DNA of 63,457 nt, counting the filler, from Octopus bimaculoides (Eukaryota), in NCBI RefSeq assembly GCF_001194135.2. It is 6 parts of 5 records of this genome, joined end to end, with 100 filler letters (N's around TTAATTAATTAA, not from the genome) between each part and the next. Parts side by side here need not be neighbours in the genome. Positions count along the whole stretch, not along the records: positions 53,306 to 62,351 come from NC_068991.1; positions 62,452 to 63,457 come from NC_068983.1; 4 more parts are not named here. The stretch is one strand, 5' to 3'. A program made the position numbers and the translations under genes. The notes under the pieces were generated by a model. That model saw only the letters and a program-made list of their open reading frames with translations, did not search any database and was not told the origin of the DNA. Shown here piece after piece: positions 61,208-63,457 of the stretch (position 1 is the stretch's first letter; the number at the start of each line of letters is the position of its first letter).

Positions 61208-61520
61208 TCATTGCTGTCGTCGTCACCAGGACAACCACCACCAACAACAATAACTCTACCGTCATCATTATCATATCACCACTTCTACCACCACTATCAC
61301 CATCATCACCATCATTATCACCACCACCACCACCACCACCTCCACCACCACCTCCTCACCATCATCATTGCTGTCGTCGTCACCAGGACAACCACCACCA
61401 ACAACAATAACTCTACCGTCATCATTATCATATCACCACTTCTACCACCACTATCACCATCATCACCATCATTATCACCACCACCACCACCACCACCACC
61501 ATCATCATCACTAACCCCGA
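61208..61520. repeat. (CAC/CAT)n low-complexity array with a ~157-bp tandem duplication
   Basis: The unit beginning tcattgctgtcgtcgtcaccaggac starts at 61208 and again at 61365. Confidence 0.9.
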
Positions 61521-62087
61521 TCGTTGCCGCCCCAAAAGCCGTTGTCATAATCATTATTGTAGTTACCATCGTCACGTATCACATGAAGTTGTTGATATAA
61601 TGTCATACAATGTCATTATGAATGAATTAATGGTGTTCTTTCCTCCCACCACTCGTTGTCTATTCATGAAATGTTTATTCATTAATCCTCTTTTAATGAA
61701 CCTCCGCGGTTCACTGAATTGGAACTTATCTTCAGTTTCTATGGTATTATTAGATAGATGAGAGATACGTCACCCTTGGAGAGGGTACTAGTTTATCTCA
61801 GGTAATAGTTTTCGCGGTGAGGTGATCAGCTGAGCAAAATGTTTAGCGGCATTTCGTTCGTCTTTACGTTCTGAGTTCAAATACTGCTGAGGCTGACTTT
61901 GCCACTCATGCTGTCGGGATCGAAAAAAAAATAATAAATCAGTACCAGACAAGCATTAGTGTCGATGAAACCAATATCTTCTGCAGTGGGAGAAATTGAA
62001 TTCAGCTCTGAATGATAAGGAATGTGATTGACAAACTAATGGGCCTTGCAGAAGTTAAACGAATCCTCATAATATTCCGGAGTTGTT

Positions 62088-62351
62088 AGGCGGCGAGCTG
62101 GCAGAAACGTTAGCACGCCGGGCGAAATGCTTAGCGGTATTTCGTCTGCCGTTACGTTCTGAGTTCAAATTCCGCCGAGGTCGACTTTGCCTTTCATCCT
62201 TTCGGGGTCGATAAATTAAGTACCAGTTACGCATTGAGGTCGATGTAATCCACTTTATCCCTTTGTCTGTCCTTGTTTGTCCCCTCTACGTTTAGCCCCT
62301 TGTGGGCAATAAAGAAATAAGAAACGTTAGCACGCCGAGCGAAATGCTTAG
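62088..62351 (+). mobile_element. SINE family D with LINE-derived tail, followed by a second, head-truncated D copy
   Basis: GGCGGCGAGCTGGCAGAAACGTTAGC...GAGTTCAAATTCC...tttgtctgtccttgtttgtcccctct...GAAATA|AGAAACGTTAGCACG. Confidence 0.88.
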
Positions 62352-62451
62352 NNNNNNNNNNNNNNNNNNNNNNNNNNNNNNNNNNNNNNNNNNNNTTAAT
62401 TAATTAANNNNNNNNNNNNNNNNNNNNNNNNNNNNNNNNNNNNNNNNNNNN

Positions 62452-62534
<83 letters not shown>

Positions 62535-63402
62535 CACATACACACATACATATGCATATATGTATATATTGTGAATTTATGCACGTGTGTGTGCTTCTCC
62601 GATACCCTCTTTGAATCCCTATTTGCCACTGTTATCATCTTCCATTCTGCATCTTTAAATGCTTATTTCTTTTGAAATCCTTCGTCCTTTCTTTTCTATG
62701 ATACATTTACATAACGCACTTGCTATTCACACGCTAAAACATGCACAATTTCCTTTTAATTTTTTAACCACACACCCATACATACTCACACACACACCTG
62801 CACATATACACACATATACACACACACATATATGCACACTCACACATACACACACAACGTGCCTAAGCCACTCACTCACGTGGTATTTTCTTCCCTATGC
62901 ACATTTACATACACGCACACACACACATACGTACACCTGTACACGCATACACACACGATTCGGTGTGTTTACTCGAATTTGTTTAGTGAGGAATTTTCTC
63001 CGTGAGAAAGTACCGAGAATGACTTTCTTACATGTTCGAACATGCTTCTAGCATAACTGGCAGCAAGTTAACATCTATGTAAATATGCAATGCTTGTATA
63101 CATGCATACGTAAATACATACATATATACATACATTCATGCATACATGCATACGTTCTCGCAAGCGTACACAGATTCATAACACTCACCCGCAACCTCGA
63201 ATGCATTAACACACACACACACACACACATACACACACACACACACACACAAACACACACGCACGCACACACATTCACACACACGCACACACTTGCGCAC
63301 ATTATCTCCCTAATTCTCTTGTTCTCAATTGCTGTCTCCGCCTGTCTGTCATTCTGTCTCTCTATCTGTCTGTCTGTTTATCTGTCTGCCTGTCTGTCTC
63401 TT

Positions 63403-63457
<55 letters not shown>

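Noticed and set aside
1-63457. CRISPR arrays, rRNA genes, prokaryotic operons
   Set aside because: None seen; the window is intron-rich eukaryotic DNA.

Overview
AT-rich, microsatellite- and transposon-dense animal genomic DNA. The SINE families suggest an octopus/coleoid cephalopod (inference). The window has many N gaps, five of them 100-bp artificial spacers (N44-TTAATTAATTAA-N44). I can build two host genes by hand. (1) The last four coding exons of COG7 on + (1310-7229). (2) Convergent with it on -, a seven-coding-exon gene (21137->9874, 612 nt, 203 aa). In it a complete N-terminal CARD (death-fold) domain is spliced in frame, through a 26-nt microexon, to the RNA polymerase I/III shared subunit RPAC2/AC19 (POLR1D). 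The ORF track misses this gene almost entirely, and the CARD-RPAC2 fusion is the main candidate novelty. Two of its RPAC2 exons sit inside intronic inverted repeats. Everything past ~23.3 kb is mobile-element and simple-repeat DNA: Penelope-like elements of about three families (one hammerhead-like motif), two mariners, Merlin, a Chapaev3-like element, CR1, an R4-like RLE element, MITEs and SINEs. It also holds an ORF1-only Tx1/L1-like retroposon that appears to have inserted twice at the same site in a tRNA-derived SINE head and shares its 3' tail with a SINE family. All family names come from motif recognition by eye; no searches were run.
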